Source: a virus
Lineage: Duplodnaviria; Caudoviricetes
Length of the DNA stretch: 30,958 nt
Reading direction: 5' to 3' (one strand)
Virus record (IMG/VR): IMGVR_UViG_3300044724_003511
Location: 1 to 30,958 of that record
Part shown: positions 22,982 through 30,958 of the stretch, piece after piece
Layout: the number at the start of each line of letters is the position of its first letter
Numbering within the stretch: the first letter of the stretch is position 1
Notes under the pieces: generated by a model
What the model was told of the DNA's origin: nothing
The model's input: the letters and a program-made list of their open reading frames with translations, nothing else
Databases searched by the model: none
Position numbers and translations under genes: made by a program

Positions 22982-25210
22982 ATGCAAGTGATTAAAAGAA
23001 ACGGAGAAAAAGAAACCTTCTCTGTTGAAAAAATTCATAAAGTCGTTCAATGGGCTACCAACAATATCAACGGCGTTAGCTTTTCTGATATTGAAATGAA
23101 CGCAAACCTCTCTCTCTATGATGGGGTTAGTAGCTCAGACATCCATCAGATTCTTATTAAATCTGCAAACGATCTAATTTCTAGACAAGCACCAAACTAT
23201 CAGTATGTTGCAGCAAGACTGTTAAATATGCAATTAAGAAAAGAAGTTTGGAAAAGTGGTAGCACACCACCTTCATTCCAGCACCTACTTGAAGTCAATG
23301 TTGACAGTGGAATGTATGACCCACATATTTTAAAAAAATGGAGCAAGGGAGATATAGACACGCTTGGAAAGTACATAAACCATAGTAGAGACGATCAATT
23401 TACATACGCTGGACTACAGCAACTTATTGATAAATATCTTGTAAAAAATCGTGGAATTAATCGTATTTATGAAACTCCACAGTTTGCGTATATGTGTATC
23501 GCTATGTGTCTGTTTGATAATATCGACGAGGTAAAAAAGGCTTATGACTGTTACTCTACCTTTAAAATCAACCTTCCTACCCCTATCATGGCTGGCGTTA
23601 GGACCAATATTCGCCAGTTCGCCTCGTGTGTTCTGGTCGATGTGGATGACAATCTTGATGCTATTTTTAGTAGCATACATGCTGTCGGCAAATACACCGC
23701 TAGAAGAGCAGGAATCGGACTCAACATCGGACGTATGCGACCAATTAATTCGCCCATCAGAGGAGGCGAGGTAATCCACACAGGTCTTATTCCATACCTG
23801 AAGAACTTTGAGTCGGCTGTTAAATCAACGTCTCAGAACGGCTTGCGTGGTGGCTCTGCTACCGTTCATGTACCATTCTGGCACTATGAAATTGAAGATA
23901 TCATGGTTCTTAAAAATAATGCTGGTACAGATGATAACCGAGTTCGTAAATTAGACTATAGTGTTCAGTTTTGTAAACTGTTTTACGAGAGACTTCTAAA
24001 CAACGAAGACGTTACACTATTTAGTCCGCACGAAGCTAAAGGTTTGTACGAGGCTTTTGGAGACAACGAAAAGTTTGAAGAGCTATATTTAAAGTATGAA
24101 AACGCAAGGTCTTTTAAGTTCAAAAAGAAAGTCCCAGCTAGAAAGTTGGCAGAGGTTTTTGCTCGTGAACGTCTGGAAACTGGTCGTATTTATAGTATGA
24201 ACATTGACTCAGCCAATGAACACGGATCGTGGGCTACACCCTGTTATATGTCTAATTTGTGTCAAGAAATCATCCACCCTACAAACCCAATTAAATCCAT
24301 TGACGATCCAGAAGGAGAAATTGGTATTTGCATCCTTTCTGCCTTAAACTTACTTGAGCTTAACAATGAAAAAGATATTGAAGAAGCGTGCCGCATGGCA
24401 GTCAGAACTCTTGACGCTGTAATTGATTATCAAGAATACCCCGTTCTAGCTGGTGAAAAATTTACTAAAAACAGAAGATCGCTTGGTGTTGGCGTAACAA
24501 ACCTTGCTGGGTTCTTGGCTAAGAACAAACTTTTCTATAATGAAAAAGAAGCGTTACAGCTAGTGCATGAGACAATGGAGCAGATCCAGTGGAATTTAAT
24601 TAGCGCAAGCTGCGAGTTAGCTGAAGAAAAAGGTGCATGTCCTAAGTTTAATGAAACAAAATACGCACAAGGATTGCTACCGATTGACTGGTACAAGAAG
24701 ACTGTTGACGAATTAGTAAAACCACAATACAATATGGATTGGGAGGAATTACGTGAACGTGTTAAAAAATATGGCTTGCGACACTCTACACTATCTGCTA
24801 TTATGCCTTGTGAATCTAGCTCCGTCATTCAAAACTCTACCAATGGAATTGAGCCAGTACGGAGCTTGCTCATTTCCAAGAAAGCAAAAAACGGAGTACT
24901 TAAACAATTAGTACCAAACTATCACATGCGTAAGAATTATTACACGATGGCTTGGGATATGCCCGACAATAAAGGTATGATGAACGTAGCTGCTGTCATA
25001 CAGAAATTTGTGGATATGAGCATGAGTACTAACCTGTATTATAATTATGCTCACTATGAGGGTGGAAACATCCCATTAAGTGTTCTTATTAAAGATCAAA
25101 TATATGGGTATAAATACGGACTAAAAAACTTTTATTATTGTAATACGCCCGATGGTGACGGCGAGACTGAAAAAGATATGAACTGCGAATCTGGAGCTTG
25201 CGCGATATGA
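22982..25210 (+). CDS. nrdA: class Ia ribonucleotide reductase alpha subunit with ATP cone
   Basis: VIKRNG ATP cone, PTPIMAG, FASCVL, SNLCQEI, C-terminal CESGACAI. Confidence 0.97.
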   Translation: MQVIKRNGEKETFSVEKIHKVVQWATNNINGVSFSDIEMNANLSLYDGVSSSDIHQILIKSANDLISRQAPNYQYVAARLLNMQLRKEVWKSGSTPPSFQHLLEVNVDSGMYDPHILKKWSKGDIDTLGKYINHSRDDQFTYAGLQQLIDKYLVKNRGINRIYETPQFAYMCIAMCLFDNIDEVKKAYDCYSTFKINLPTPIMAGVRTNIRQFASCVLVDVDDNLDAIFSSIHAVGKYTARRAGIGLNIGRMRPINSPIRGGEVIHTGLIPYLKNFESAVKSTSQNGLRGGSATVHVPFWHYEIEDIMVLKNNAGTDDNRVRKLDYSVQFCKLFYERLLNNEDVTLFSPHEAKGLYEAFGDNEKFEELYLKYENARSFKFKKKVPARKLAEVFARERLETGRIYSMNIDSANEHGSWATPCYMSNLCQEIIHPTNPIKSIDDPEGEIGICILSALNLLELNNEKDIEEACRMAVRTLDAVIDYQEYPVLAGEKFTKNRRSLGVGVTNLAGFLAKNKLFYNEKEALQLVHETMEQIQWNLISASCELAEEKGACPKFNETKYAQGLLPIDWYKKTVDELVKPQYNMDWEELRERVKKYGLRHSTLSAIMPCESSSVIQNSTNGIEPVRSLLISKKAKNGVLKQLVPNYHMRKNYYTMAWDMPDNKGMMNVAAVIQKFVDMSMSTNLYYNYAHYEGGNIPLSVLIKDQIYGYKYGLKNFYYCNTPDGDGETEKDMNCESGACAI

Positions 25211-26280
25211 AAACTATTTTTAATACGAAGAACGTTGACCCGATGTCTCAACCTCTATTCCTTGGTAAAGACCTTGGAGTTCAAAGATATGATATAGTAA
25301 AATACCCAGTCTTTAAAGGCTTAGACAGTAAACAGATGATGAACTTCTGGCGACCAGAAGAGATCGAACTGAAGAAAGATCGTGGTGATTTTAAAGAAAT
25401 GTCTGACAACGAGAAGTTTATCTTTACTTCCAATCTAAAATATCAAACAATGCTTGATAGTGTGATTTGTCGTGGCGTACCAACTCTTCTTGAATATGTA
25501 ACAAACACTGAACTTGAAGCATGTATGATGACTTGGCAGTTCTTTGAGAAGATTCATTCGCAAAGCTACAGCTATATCATTCAAAATGTTTATGCCGATA
25601 GCTCCGAAGTGTTTGGCGGAATTTATCAAGATAAAGAGATTATGAAGCGTGCAAATAGCGCGATTGCTGACTATAATAACCTAATGGGAATGGCTTGTAA
25701 TTCTACCAAGATTTCCGATTTAAAAAAGCAAATTTATATGACGGTTATCAGTATTAATATTCTTGAAGCTGTGAGGTTCTACGTTAGTTTTATTTGTAGC
25801 TTTGCCTTTGCCGAAAACAAAAAAATGGTTGGTAACGCCGACATCATCAAACTAATCAAGCGAGACGAGGCTTTGCACTTGACAAATACGCAAGAGATTC
25901 TTAAAATCCTACATAGAGAAGAATCTGAAGGATTCACTAAGGTTGCAGAGCAGTGTCAAGAAGATGCTATTCAGATGTTCGAGAACGCAGCAAAAGAAGA
26001 AAAAGAATGGGCATCATACCTCTTTAAAGATGGTTCTATCATTGGTCTTAATGAGGTTGTGCTTCATCAATATATCGACTGGCTGTGCATGTCAAGACGT
26101 AAAAACATTGGACTGCCATATGAAAGCGTTGGCAGAAATCCTATCGCTGGCTGGACAGAGCATTGGCTAAATAGTGAAAGTGTTCAGGTTGCACCACAAG
26201 AACACGAAATTACTTCGTATAAAATTGGTGCTAGTAAAAACGATTTAGAAGACATGGATTTTGGAGATTTAGGACTATGA
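25207..26280 (+). CDS. nrdB: class Ia ribonucleotide reductase beta subunit
   Basis: FWRPEE, EKIHSQSY, LEAVRFYVSF, RDEALH, VAPQE motifs; ATG at 25207 overlaps the nrdA stop. Confidence 0.97.
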   Translation: MKTIFNTKNVDPMSQPLFLGKDLGVQRYDIVKYPVFKGLDSKQMMNFWRPEEIELKKDRGDFKEMSDNEKFIFTSNLKYQTMLDSVICRGVPTLLEYVTNTELEACMMTWQFFEKIHSQSYSYIIQNVYADSSEVFGGIYQDKEIMKRANSAIADYNNLMGMACNSTKISDLKKQIYMTVISINILEAVRFYVSFICSFAFAENKKMVGNADIIKLIKRDEALHLTNTQEILKILHREESEGFTKVAEQCQEDAIQMFENAAKEEKEWASYLFKDGSIIGLNEVVLHQYIDWLCMSRRKNIGLPYESVGRNPIAGWTEHWLNSESVQVAPQEHEITSYKIGASKNDLEDMDFGDLGL

Positions 26281-26642
26281 ATGAAGAGTGTCAAGACTAT
26301 AAAGCTAGACAAGAAATGTTGAATAGTATTTCATCTAATATCGGCACTAAAACTTATCTTGAAAAGATTACACGGTGGCATCACGATAGAAACCTTATTC
26401 AAGGCTCTACAGATAAAGATCAGTTCTGCAAACTAATGCAAGAGGCTGGAGAATTATCTGACAGTATTTGCAAAGGTAAAGATGTGTCGGATGACATTGG
26501 GGACATGATTGTAGTATTAATTAATATTGCAGAAAGGAATGGTCTTAGCATATCATCCTGCTTAAAAAGGGCGTGGGATGACATCAAAGACAGGAAAGGT
26601 AAAATGGTTGATGGAGTTTTTGTTAAAGAATCCGACCTATAA
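26277..26642 (+). CDS. mazG: MazG-like nucleotide pyrophosphohydrolase
   Basis: KLMQEAGEL...DDIGDMIVVL...IKDRKGKMVDGVFVKE. Confidence 0.85.
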   Translation: MNEECQDYKARQEMLNSISSNIGTKTYLEKITRWHHDRNLIQGSTDKDQFCKLMQEAGELSDSICKGKDVSDDIGDMIVVLINIAERNGLSISSCLKRAWDDIKDRKGKMVDGVFVKESDL

Positions 26643-26663
26643 ACCTTCCATAAAGGGTAATAA

Positions 26664-27332
26664 ATGAAAACTAAAAGACAACGAAGAGAAGAACAAAAAG
26701 CACCGCAGAAAGTTAAACCCTTAGAAGCTAAAACATATAACCAAAAAGAGTATATTAGAAATATTATTGAAAACGACATTATCTTTTGTTCAGGCCCAGC
26801 CGGTTCCGGCAAATCATTTGTTGCGGCTGGAATAGCAGCAGAACATTTACACAGAGGAGAGATTGAAAAGGTAATTGTAACAAGACCTTTAATTTGTACA
26901 GGTAAAGATATTGGACATTTGCCCGGAGAGATGGGAGAAAAAATTGCCCCATACTTATTACCTATGAAAGAAAACTTACAATACTTTCTAGGTCAAGCAT
27001 ATTATGGTTTATACGCAAATGAAGGACAGATTCAATACAAACCACTAGAGGTTATGAGAGGTTCTACGTTTCACAATTCGTATATGATTTTAGACGAAGC
27101 TCAAAACTGTACCGAAGATCAAATTAAAATGTTTGTATCTCGGATGGGGGAAGGGTCAAAAGTTTTAATCAACGGCGACATAGATCAGGACGACCTAAGA
27201 GGAAGAAGCGGCTTGGCCTTTTGTATGGATAGATTACAGGGTATTGAAGGTATCGCTGTGTGCAAATTAGGATATGAAGATATACAAAGAAATGGAATAA
27301 TCGGTAGATTTCTTAAAGCATTGGAGGACTAA
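26664..27332 (+). CDS. phoH: PhoH family ATPase
   Basis: GPAGSGKS, MRGSTF, ILDEAQN, GDIDQDD. Confidence 0.95.
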   Translation: MKTKRQRREEQKAPQKVKPLEAKTYNQKEYIRNIIENDIIFCSGPAGSGKSFVAAGIAAEHLHRGEIEKVIVTRPLICTGKDIGHLPGEMGEKIAPYLLPMKENLQYFLGQAYYGLYANEGQIQYKPLEVMRGSTFHNSYMILDEAQNCTEDQIKMFVSRMGEGSKVLINGDIDQDDLRGRSGLAFCMDRLQGIEGIAVCKLGYEDIQRNGIIGRFLKALED

Positions 27333-27689
27333 ATGCCACTATATGATTATGAATGTAAAAACTGTGGGGCGGAAGTTAGTGATGTATTCCAAAAGGTTAC
27401 AGAGCCAGAACTTAAAAAATGTTCCACATGCAACCAAGACTCATTGTTTAGAGTTGTCACCGGCGGGCTTCACAGTTTTATGGCTGGTAGTAATACCATT
27501 GGTAGCCTAGCAGATAAAAACGCTAGGATTAATAAAAATTTAATTAATGAAAATATTCATCGCAAACAAGAATCAGAGCCTAAAGAAGAAAAACCGTGGT
27601 ATCATGAACATACCACAGCTACCAATAAAGAGGTAAGCAAAATGTCGAAAGAACAGAAAGCTAGATACATTATGGAGGGTAAAAAGTAA
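27333..27689 (+). CDS. FmdB-family zinc-ribbon protein
   Basis: MPLYDYECKNCG...CSTC signature. Confidence 0.85.
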   Translation: MPLYDYECKNCGAEVSDVFQKVTEPELKKCSTCNQDSLFRVVTGGLHSFMAGSNTIGSLADKNARINKNLINENIHRKQESEPKEEKPWYHEHTTATNKEVSKMSKEQKARYIMEGKK

Positions 27690-28021
27690 TGTCATTAGAC
27701 TCAATTAAAAAAGACACTAAGCCTAAGACTGTGCATGAGTTAGGGTTTGATAAGAGCGGATCAATGGTAGAACAAAAAACCAACAAGGATCATTACGGCA
27801 AGATTGTTTATGTTGATGGCGTAGAATACTCCCACCATATTAAAGTATTAGAAAGTAATGTTTATGACCCACTCGGAGCATATTCTAACAGGAGAAGATA
27901 TCTTCAAGCGTCATTTAAGAAGGTATCAGCAAAGACATTTAATTATTACATGATGTATCTTAAAACAAACAATTCAATTTACTTAACCCGCGCTCAAAGA
28001 GGATTTATTAACAATGACTAA
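27689..28021 (+). CDS. hypothetical protein
   Basis: ORF track; coupled. Confidence 0.8.
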   Translation: MSLDSIKKDTKPKTVHELGFDKSGSMVEQKTNKDHYGKIVYVDGVEYSHHIKVLESNVYDPLGAYSNRRRYLQASFKKVSAKTFNYYMMYLKTNNSIYLTRAQRGFINND

Positions 28022-28331
28022 AACAGGACCACTCAGTAAAGCAGAACAATTTTATATTGAAAACAAAGTTCCAGAAGGCGTAACAGTTGATGAGCTTGCC
28101 AAAGAATTGGATAGGACAAAGAAATCTATTCAAACATATGTAGACAAAAATGACATCAAGGCTTCTTCTGATTCCAAAAAAGAAACTCTACTGTCACAAC
28201 AATTCGCTAAAAATCGAGGCTCTACAGTAATGACTCCAAACGCATCTATCATGGCAGATGAAATGCGAATGAATTTTAACAGTAACAAATCATCAAGAAG
28301 AAGATGTATCACAAAGATTAAAGATGAATAA
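28014..28331 (+). CDS. hypothetical protein with N-terminal HTH-like segment
   Basis: VTVDELAKELDRTKKSIQTYV. Confidence 0.7.
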   Translation: MTKTGPLSKAEQFYIENKVPEGVTVDELAKELDRTKKSIQTYVDKNDIKASSDSKKETLLSQQFAKNRGSTVMTPNASIMADEMRMNFNSNKSSRRRCITKIKDE

Positions 28332-28752
28332 TACAGAATTTTTAAAAAGATACCGACAAGATAAGACTTCTGTGTGGGTCAAAGTAAAACTAACTAACGA
28401 TAAAGAGTTTTATTTTACTAACTATAAAGGTAGCTGGGAAGGAATTAAAGCAACGTGCGACTTTAAGAATCTATTTATTAAAGAATTTATATTGCAATTT
28501 CGCTCTCACGAAGTTATTATAGATATACCAGAAGACGCTGACGCATTTTATTTTGTCAGATCAATCTTGGGTCAAATGGGTGCCGACTGCCAACACTACT
28601 ACACTGTTGGGGTTATCAAGGGTGACAATGTTCAAAAGGACATGTATATCATACCAGAGCTTATTAAAGACAAAAGTTATGAAGACAACATTGAATCTTG
28701 TTTTGAAGAAGGTATAATCTATGATGGCAGAAAAAAGAAGAAAGAGAACTGA
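28324..28752 (+). CDS. hypothetical protein
   Basis: ORF track; coupled. Confidence 0.75.
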   Translation: MNNTEFLKRYRQDKTSVWVKVKLTNDKEFYFTNYKGSWEGIKATCDFKNLFIKEFILQFRSHEVIIDIPEDADAFYFVRSILGQMGADCQHYYTVGVIKGDNVQKDMYIIPELIKDKSYEDNIESCFEEGIIYDGRKKKKEN

Positions 28753-29185
28753 TAAAAGCAAGTATAAGCATGAAAGCACCGGCGATTACTGCACCTGTGC
28801 TGCTTATGTTGCTGAAATCATGTGTAAGAAAAACGCAGAGAACAAAAACCAAGGCTCTTTGCCATACAAGTTCTGGAATAAAAAACCTTGGGATTGGACT
28901 TTCCGAAAACAACTCTGTGCCGCAAATAACATGATAAAAAAATACTCCGAAGAAGCTCTAGTGAAAGCGATTCACTCAGATGACTTTCGTGGAATTTTTT
29001 CTCTAAATCATCCAAAAGCTACTGGGATAATTCAGAGGTATCAGCTAGTATTAGATACACAGGCTGATGATATTCAAATCATTGAAGTCAAAGAAAATCC
29101 GACGCACCAAAAGAAGCGATTCGGTAAAAAAAGTAATTTATTAAACAAATTGAGGGATATTGAAAATGGCGAAGAAGAAAGCTAA
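28721..29185 (+). CDS. hypothetical protein
   Basis: ORF track; coupled to recA. Confidence 0.75.
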   Translation: MMAEKRRKRTDKSKYKHESTGDYCTCAAYVAEIMCKKNAENKNQGSLPYKFWNKKPWDWTFRKQLCAANNMIKKYSEEALVKAIHSDDFRGIFSLNHPKATGIIQRYQLVLDTQADDIQIIEVKENPTHQKKRFGKKSNLLNKLRDIENGEEES

Positions 29186-30281
29186 AGTTACCGAATTCTT
29201 GGATGATGCAATTAGCAATCAGATTATTAAAAAATATGGAGCAATAGTTGAGTCTGGTAATCAAGTTCTAGCCACTCTTGAAAACTATAGGACGATTGGG
29301 ATCTCTCCAGCGCTTGATATTGCTCTTGGCGGTGGTTTGCGCGAAGGTCAATGTGTCGCCATGACTGGTGACCCAAAGACCGGAAAGACAACCACAGCGC
29401 TGTATTTCGCGGCTAAGGCTCAAGCCGCTGGTAAAAATGTTATCTACTTTAATACTGAGGGCCGACTGACAAAAGAAAATTTTCGAGGCATTAAAGGATT
29501 AAACGTAGAAAAGATTAAGATCGTTCAAGCTACCGACGAGCAACCAATCGTTTCGGCAGAAACGTATCTCAATGCTATTGAAACCTACATCAAGAATACA
29601 CCAGACCTAGTTGCTATCATTGACTCTGCATCTAATATGGTTCCTCAAGATGAGCTTGACGGAGAGATTAGGTCGGGTGTTCGCAATTTGCTTCCGAGGC
29701 TTCTCTCTATGTTCTTTAAAAGAATTAGCGGCGACGTTTCTCGAATGAAAGCTATCTGTATTTTTATTACACATAATATTGCTAATACTAGCGGTAGCAG
29801 GTATGCACCAGCAAAGATGGCGGACTGTGGTAACATGCTTCAATTTCAAGTCGGCACCAATATGATTATCACTCACCGTGGTAAATGGGAAGTACCTAAA
29901 GAGTCTGGAAATCATGTTGGACAAGTAGCTAACTGGGTTATTAAAACTTCTGCTGCTGGTGGTAGACCAAATTCTACAGCTGAAAGCTGGATTAAGTACG
30001 GGGTTGGTATTGATGAATCACAGGAGATTGCTCAGATTGCTAGCGAATTTGCCATGATTAGCCGTAGCGGAGCTTGGTACACGATTACATGCGCCGTTGA
30101 AAACAAAGACGACCCAGTTATTAAAAATTGGCTAATGCAGAACGATGTAAATGCCGATAACGATGAAGACATAGAAAGAGCCTTCAAGTTTCAAGGTATG
30201 GATAAAGTTACTACGTTCTTGGAAGAAAACGAAGAGATCACTCAGTTTATCTATGAGCAAATCAGAGAAGTGTTCATATGA
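29166..30281 (+). CDS. recA: RecA/UvsX-like recombinase
   Basis: LDIALGGG, GDPKTGKTT Walker A, IIDS Walker B, SGAWY. Confidence 0.92.
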   Translation: MAKKKAKVTEFLDDAISNQIIKKYGAIVESGNQVLATLENYRTIGISPALDIALGGGLREGQCVAMTGDPKTGKTTTALYFAAKAQAAGKNVIYFNTEGRLTKENFRGIKGLNVEKIKIVQATDEQPIVSAETYLNAIETYIKNTPDLVAIIDSASNMVPQDELDGEIRSGVRNLLPRLLSMFFKRISGDVSRMKAICIFITHNIANTSGSRYAPAKMADCGNMLQFQVGTNMIITHRGKWEVPKESGNHVGQVANWVIKTSAAGGRPNSTAESWIKYGVGIDESQEIAQIASEFAMISRSGAWYTITCAVENKDDPVIKNWLMQNDVNADNDEDIERAFKFQGMDKVTTFLEENEEITQFIYEQIREVFI

Positions 30282-30694
30282 AAATTACTGGACTAAATGG
30301 TAGAGAGTACAATTTAGACTTAAAGAAATATTCACATCAAAGATCAAAATGCTCTTTCTATCATAAGGTTGCTAGAGAACTATTAGCTGATATGTTCTCA
30401 GGTTATCATATATATGAAGAAGTAAAACTTCCCGGAACAGTAAATCCTTCAAAAAAATCTGTGCTATATCTTGACTTCTTAATTCCTAATGCTATAATGG
30501 CTATAGAGGTTCACGGACAACAGCACTTTGAATATGTACCATACTTTCATAAGACAAAGGCCGGTTTTTTACAATCAAAGGCTAGAGATCGCGCTAAAGC
30601 AGAATGGTGTGAATTAAATGGACTTACACTCGTTGAACTTAGATGGGATGAATCTGTCGAGTATTGGAGAGAAAAAATTGAACGCAGCAGATAG
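30278..30694 (+). CDS. Vsr/DUF559-like PD-(D/E)xK endonuclease
   Basis: LYLDFLIP..AIEVHGQQH...RDRAKAEWC..NGLTLVEL. Confidence 0.8.
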   Translation: MKITGLNGREYNLDLKKYSHQRSKCSFYHKVARELLADMFSGYHIYEEVKLPGTVNPSKKSVLYLDFLIPNAIMAIEVHGQQHFEYVPYFHKTKAGFLQSKARDRAKAEWCELNGLTLVELRWDESVEYWREKIERSR

Positions 30695-30958
30695 ACTAAA
30701 AAATTTCTTAGACGGTATTGAAAGATACATCAACGGACATAACTTAAACCCATCACCCTTTAATCCTGAGTTTGCCATAGCTGAGACTTTTTCTTTAGAG
30801 CAGCTTGGTAGGCTAACACAGGACGAATGTTTTAACTATGGGCTACAGCTTTATCAATACGCAGACCATGTAGCTAGAGAAAAAGCTCAGTGCGAGACTG
30901 TTCTTATGTGGTGCGAGCATAATCTTCAGGGTGTTATCGCGAGCGAGATTAACTCTGG
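30678..30958 (+). CDS. hypothetical protein (partial, runs off the window)
   Basis: TTG start after GGAG; open frame to the window end. Confidence 0.6.
   Translation, partial: MNAADRLKNFLDGIERYINGHNLNPSPFNPEFAIAETFSLEQLGRLTQDECFNYGLQLYQYADHVAREKAQCETVLMWCEHNLQGVIASEINS

Noticed and set aside
22982-26280. Intein or intron in nrdA/nrdB
   Set aside because: Both ORFs are of normal length and continuous, with no insertion visible.
45-29924. Minus-strand and nested alternative-frame ORFs in the track (e.g. 45..287, 3651..4088, 6568..6858, 23414..23779, 26420..26812, 29607..29924)
   Set aside because: They overlap well-supported + strand genes and lack recognisable motifs; the window is uniformly + strand.

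Overview
This is a 31-kb segment of a large dsDNA tailed phage. All credible genes are on the + strand, and about ten near-consensus sigma70 promoters drive them. The host is plausibly an aquatic Planctomycetota-like bacterium (weak inference from gene content). Recognisable proteins are rIIA/rIIB, a TnpB/Cas12f-like protein, UvsE, YopX, an Arg/Leu-tRNA-protein transferase-like protein, ThyX, dCMP deaminase, SSB, Hsp20, a GT4 glycosyltransferase, a sigma factor, a holin/PAS/C1-peptidase/lipoprotein module, NrdAB, MazG, PhoH and RecA/UvsX. RNA genes are five tRNAs (2x CAU, Arg-UCU, Leu-UAA, Thr-UGU) and a circularly permuted two-piece tmRNA. The most striking unexplained signal is a family of five ~50-nt non-coding elements with a fixed skeleton (AAA-NN-TAAG-TT-stem-TT-CTTA-19nt-CAAAA-stem'). 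Both of their helices covary, consistent with an H-type pseudoknot RNA. Three copies are interleaved with tRNAs on both sides of a TnpB homologue whose RuvC site looks inactivated, and two sit in tandem downstream of ssb. Several other structured non-coding regions are present (364-520, 2560-2629, 7092-7383, 15109-15173), and hsp20 is bracketed by a 17-nt inverted repeat. All assignments come from motif recognition by eye; no searches were run.
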